Below, piece by piece: positions 60,556 through 64,000 of a stretch of 64,000 nt of DNA. The position numbers were made by a program, and so were the translations under genes. The number at the start of each line of letters is the position of its first letter. The stretch's first letter is position 1. This stretch comes from Blastocatellia bacterium (GTDB lineage Bacteria; Acidobacteriota; Blastocatellia; UBA7656), in assembly GCA_963765495.1 (NCBI GenBank), contig CAVXWP010000016.1, forward strand, positions 224,001-288,000, read 5' to 3'. The notes beneath the pieces are model-generated. The model saw only the letters and a program-made list of their open reading frames with translations, was not told the origin of the DNA and did no database searches.

Positions 60556-63492
60556 TCACCTGCCGTCGCCTACCAGCACGAACCCCGCCCAGTAAAATGG
60601 ATGGCGGGTATCTGCCTTCTTCATCAGCTTCAATGCTGCTTGTCGCAAGGCCTCTGTCTTTGTTGGTTTTGCCTTCCCGGCTACTGGCTGGGTGATCAGG
60701 GCGCGATGGAAACTCACCATCAGGTCCCGTGTGCCAGCGGATTCGACCTTCCACTGACTGACAACGATTGAGGGCACACCGGCGATAAACATCGCCCAGC
60801 TTAACCCGATCATGCCTTCGCCCGCGCCGATGCGTCCGCGCGCCGTTTCGCAGGCGGAGAGCACGGCCAGTTCGGCTTTCAAATCAAGCTGCATCAGTTC
60901 CCAGGCTTCGAGCAACCCATCTTCATTTGGGCCGCCCTGCGCAAGCACGAGATGTGAATACATCGGCGAGGCATTATTGAGCGTGCCGTGCGTGGCGAAG
61001 TGAAGGATTCTTGCCTGACCCGCCTCGCTCTTGACGCGGTCTTCGCGGGCTTCCGCGCCGATGTAGACCTTGCTTCGCGACGTACCATACAATTGCCTCA
61101 GCGCCTTGACTTCCTGTTCGGCCTCCGGCAGCGGGTCGAGTTTTCCATCGCGCAGCGTGAGCGCCGCGCGGTTAATCGTCTCTTTGTCGAGCAGCGGGTT
61201 GCCCAGCGCCAGCAATGTTGCGGAAGCCGCATCCCGGTCCTGATACTTCGATCGCCTCGTCATTTCACGAAGCACCGTAAGCGATGGCGCATAAGCGATA
61301 GCGGCGTCCTCGATCAGAAAGCGATTTGGGCCCGCGAGCAGCGCCTGAAACGGCAGGTCCCACAAGGTATCGTCCGGCGATATGATGAGATTGGTTTTGC
61401 CCCGAAGCTGCGCCTCGGCCGGTTTGAGCAGTAGTTTGTATAGCTTGCCGGCCGAATTGCGAAAGCCCAGATCGCGTCCGGCAAGTTGGCCGCGAAAGGT
61501 TTCAATCTGTCGGGCGAGTTCATCCCGTTTGATCGGCAGTGTGTAGACCCTGACATCCGCTTCCGCATTCGCGTCCGCCTTTGTGACGGCAAACAGATAT
61601 GTCTGGTCATTGCCGACTACGTATTCAAAAAGCGCGCTCGCCCCGTCTGGCAGCAAGGTCGCGAGTTCTTCCGCTTTTATGATCGGGGCTTCGCCACGGT
61701 GGACCTTCAGTTCAGGATGCGCTACGTAGAGCGTGGTCTCGAAGTCTTCGAACCCCAGTCGGGCCTTCTCAATATTTGCTCTCAACTCAGTCACGCGCGA
61801 GGAATCGGACTTCTCTTGCCGGAGTTCGCTCGTGAGTTGCGAACTGAGCGAAACAAGTTGGAGACGCTGCTCCTCTTCAGCTTGCTGCTCCTGCGGTGAA
61901 AGCGATTTGTGAAGGCTTGTGCGACCCGCCTGAAGCGCGTCGAGCAGCACTCGCGCCTTTGACTGTTCAGCAAAGGTAAGGGCTTCGGCGTATTCTTTTT
62001 GCGAGACGAGCAGATCAATCATGCCGAGCCACGGCGAGAGTCTGTTTTCAAGAAAGCTTTGTTGCTGTTGTTCGCCCCCGGCAACCTCGCGGCGCAGATA
62101 TTCGATGGTGGCGATGGCGGCGAGAAAATTCAGGCGAGCTTCTACGGGCTGGCCAAGCGCCCAAAGGGCTCTGCCGATGCGATCCTGGGCGGTCCAGAGT
62201 TCTTCGCGGCCGTTGATCTCCTCGGCAAGGCTTGCGGCGCGGCGACTCACATCAAGCATGTCTTTGTATCTGCCCTGATCCTGATAGAGCTGACCGAGGT
62301 TATTCAGCGTCAGTGAAATCCCTCCCCGGTCGCGGTTCTCCTCGCGTAACCGGAGGCTTTTCTGGAGACATTCCAGCGCCTCATCATAGCGCCCCTGCAT
62401 ACGATAAACATCGCCGATATTATTCAGACTCCTCGCTTCGCCCCCCCTGGCATGCATTTCCTCGTAGCGTTGCAGGCTTTTTTGCAGCCATTCCAGCGCC
62501 TGATCATAAAGTCCCTGTGACTTATAAATGACCCCGATATTGTTCTGTAAATTGGCGACTCCGAGCTTTTCGTCGTTACCTTCCAGTATCTCCAGGCTTT
62601 TGCGAGCGTATGCCAGAGCCTGATCAAGATTGCCCTGATGTCTGTAGACCATACCGATGTTTTGCAGTCGGTAGGCCAGACTTCGCTGATCACCGGCGCT
62701 CCCCATCTCTTCGATAATCTTGCGGCTCTTCTGAAGGTAATCCAGCGCCTCGGCGTAGCGCCCTTGAGAGATATAATGCGTTGCGATGTTGTTTAAGGCC
62801 AGGCTCAGCGTCGTCTTATCGTTTTGTTCTTCACTGAGTACCCGGCTCTTCTGGTAAAACTCCAGGCCGAGTTTATAATGCCCCGCTGATGTCTGAGCCA
62901 GCCCAATGTTGTTGAAAATCACTGGGACCAGGGTTTTATCTCCCCCCTCTTCGCTGAGCGCGAGACTCTTATCGTAGTATTCCAATGCCAGTTCGAAGCG
63001 GCTTTGTGATACGTAGGCAACACCTATCGCGAGCAGCGTACGCGCCTTTCCCTTCTTGTCACCGATCTCTTCAAAGATAGCGAGGCTCTTCTGAAGGTAA
63101 TCCAGGGCCTCCGTTGCGCGATTCTGACGGTTGTAGATTGACCCAAGATCAAACAAGGCACCACCCAGTGCCAGTCGATCTCCGATCCTTTCCGCGACCC
63201 GGACCGCGATATTAGAGATTCTAATCCCCTCGGCATAAACGCCTTTCAGAACCAGTGGACCGGCAAGCGCCTTCAGCGCGGCGAAGAGCGAGTTGTTTAT
63301 CAGGTCTTTTCTCTGCTCGAGCAGTTGGTCCTGCTCCTGCTCGGATTCGGCCCGCACCAGCGCCGCAGCCAGTTCGTTTACCTCTGTCGAGACGGGAGGA
63401 TCGGGGACTGCTTGCGACCGAGCCGGGGCAGGGATGATGAGGCTCAAGCTCAAAGCCAGAAGACAGAACGACACGCGGGATAGCGATGACAT
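60556..63492 (-). CDS. Exported TPR-CHAT (caspase-like) protease
   Basis: Signal peptide, ~10 TPRs, EQSKARVL, HFATHG and LSACET catalytic dyad, HPFYWAGF. Confidence 0.95.
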   Translation of the reverse strand: MSSLSRVSFCLLALSLSLIIPAPARSQAVPDPPVSTEVNELAAALVRAESEQEQDQLLEQRKDLINNSLFAALKALAGPLVLKGVYAEGIRISNIAVRVAERIGDRLALGGALFDLGSIYNRQNRATEALDYLQKSLAIFEEIGDKKGKARTLLAIGVAYVSQSRFELALEYYDKSLALSEEGGDKTLVPVIFNNIGLAQTSAGHYKLGLEFYQKSRVLSEEQNDKTTLSLALNNIATHYISQGRYAEALDYLQKSRKIIEEMGSAGDQRSLAYRLQNIGMVYRHQGNLDQALAYARKSLEILEGNDEKLGVANLQNNIGVIYKSQGLYDQALEWLQKSLQRYEEMHARGGEARSLNNIGDVYRMQGRYDEALECLQKSLRLREENRDRGGISLTLNNLGQLYQDQGRYKDMLDVSRRAASLAEEINGREELWTAQDRIGRALWALGQPVEARLNFLAAIATIEYLRREVAGGEQQQQSFLENRLSPWLGMIDLLVSQKEYAEALTFAEQSKARVLLDALQAGRTSLHKSLSPQEQQAEEEQRLQLVSLSSQLTSELRQEKSDSSRVTELRANIEKARLGFEDFETTLYVAHPELKVHRGEAPIIKAEELATLLPDGASALFEYVVGNDQTYLFAVTKADANAEADVRVYTLPIKRDELARQIETFRGQLAGRDLGFRNSAGKLYKLLLKPAEAQLRGKTNLIISPDDTLWDLPFQALLAGPNRFLIEDAAIAYAPSLTVLREMTRRSKYQDRDAASATLLALGNPLLDKETINRAALTLRDGKLDPLPEAEQEVKALRQLYGTSRSKVYIGAEAREDRVKSEAGQARILHFATHGTLNNASPMYSHLVLAQGGPNEDGLLEAWELMQLDLKAELAVLSACETARGRIGAGEGMIGLSWAMFIAGVPSIVVSQWKVESAGTRDLMVSFHRALITQPVAGKAKPTKTEALRQAALKLMKKADTRHPFYWAGFVLVGDGR

Positions 63493-63653
63493 ACAACACA
63501 CTCCCTTCCAGTTGGACTGCGCACCCGAAATCAAACCCTGCGGGAAGTAATAATACAAGTCTGCCGCGTGAAAAGAAAAGGCAGGCATCGACAGGCTGTC
63601 TTTTCGATTATTGGAGGCGATTCTCCGATCACAAAAAAAATATTCCAGCCAGC

Positions 63654-63680
63654 GGTAATATCGCGGCTAGTTCAGCAACT
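63654..63680 (+). promoter_or_regulatory. Putative ECF promoter, copy 3
   Basis: GGTAATA-N15-CAACT. Confidence 0.65.
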
Positions 63681-63860
63681 TTCCCTTTTTGGCACTCATA
63701 GCGAATGCCGATTCGGTGAAAAGGGATAAGTTGATATGGTCGGATTTCCATTGATTGTTCTCTTCGTTGCCAGGTTAGCCGCTCACAACTATGAGCATCT
63801 TCAGCGAATTGATTCGTTGCTTAGCCCTGATCCCATTTAATCATTTTAGAAGGAGAGAGA

Positions 63861-64000
63861 ATGAGTACAGGAATCACTTCCGTTACGGAACTGTCAGCTT
63901 TGAAGGCCCGGCTGAAGGCCACCTGGATGTCGGGCGATTTCGACAAAATCGCCCAGGTCATTGTGGCGGGCGGCGAAAATTTCATCGCCCGCTTACGGCT
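63861..64000 (+). CDS. Probable class I SAM-dependent methyltransferase, N-terminus; runs off the window end
   Basis: GAAGGAG RBS; LKARLKATWMSGDFDKIA...FIARL. Confidence 0.7.
   Translation, partial: MSTGITSVTELSALKARLKATWMSGDFDKIAQVIVAGGENFIARLR

Noticed and set aside
60442-60771. 109-aa ORF
   Set aside because: It is a duplicated signal-peptide stub reading into antisense CHAT sequence.

Overview
Bacterial chromosomal window. The gene content (GWxTD protein, HEAT-repeat M1 peptidase, wHTH-TolB regulator, ECF/CHAT module) suggests Acidobacteriota, but this is inference. The backbone carries thiS-thiG-rnhB-TPR-thiE, an M1 aminopeptidase, tatA/tatC, a GWxTD protein, mreB, a PIG-L deacetylase and tkt. 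Three accessory zones interrupt it: (i) 12.0-32.2 kb, a diverged tandem duplication of the thiE-to-aminopeptidase interval holding recombinase/transposase relics, an IS110 insertion and a SARP-linked cluster with a Tat-exported beta-pore-former-like pair; (ii) 46-50.6 kb, an XRE/TPR/small exported Cys-peptide locus; (iii) 54.6-64 kb, an ECF sigma/anti-sigma/CHAT protease module with a repeated promoter motif. The top finding is an intact IS110 (15399-16887) with a ~310-bp transposase-less satellite docked at its right end (15088-15396). The satellite has its own bridge-RNA-like scaffold. Its target-guide position matches the IS110 right end and its donor-guide position matches the satellite's own end. 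No rRNA, tRNA or CRISPR array was recognised.
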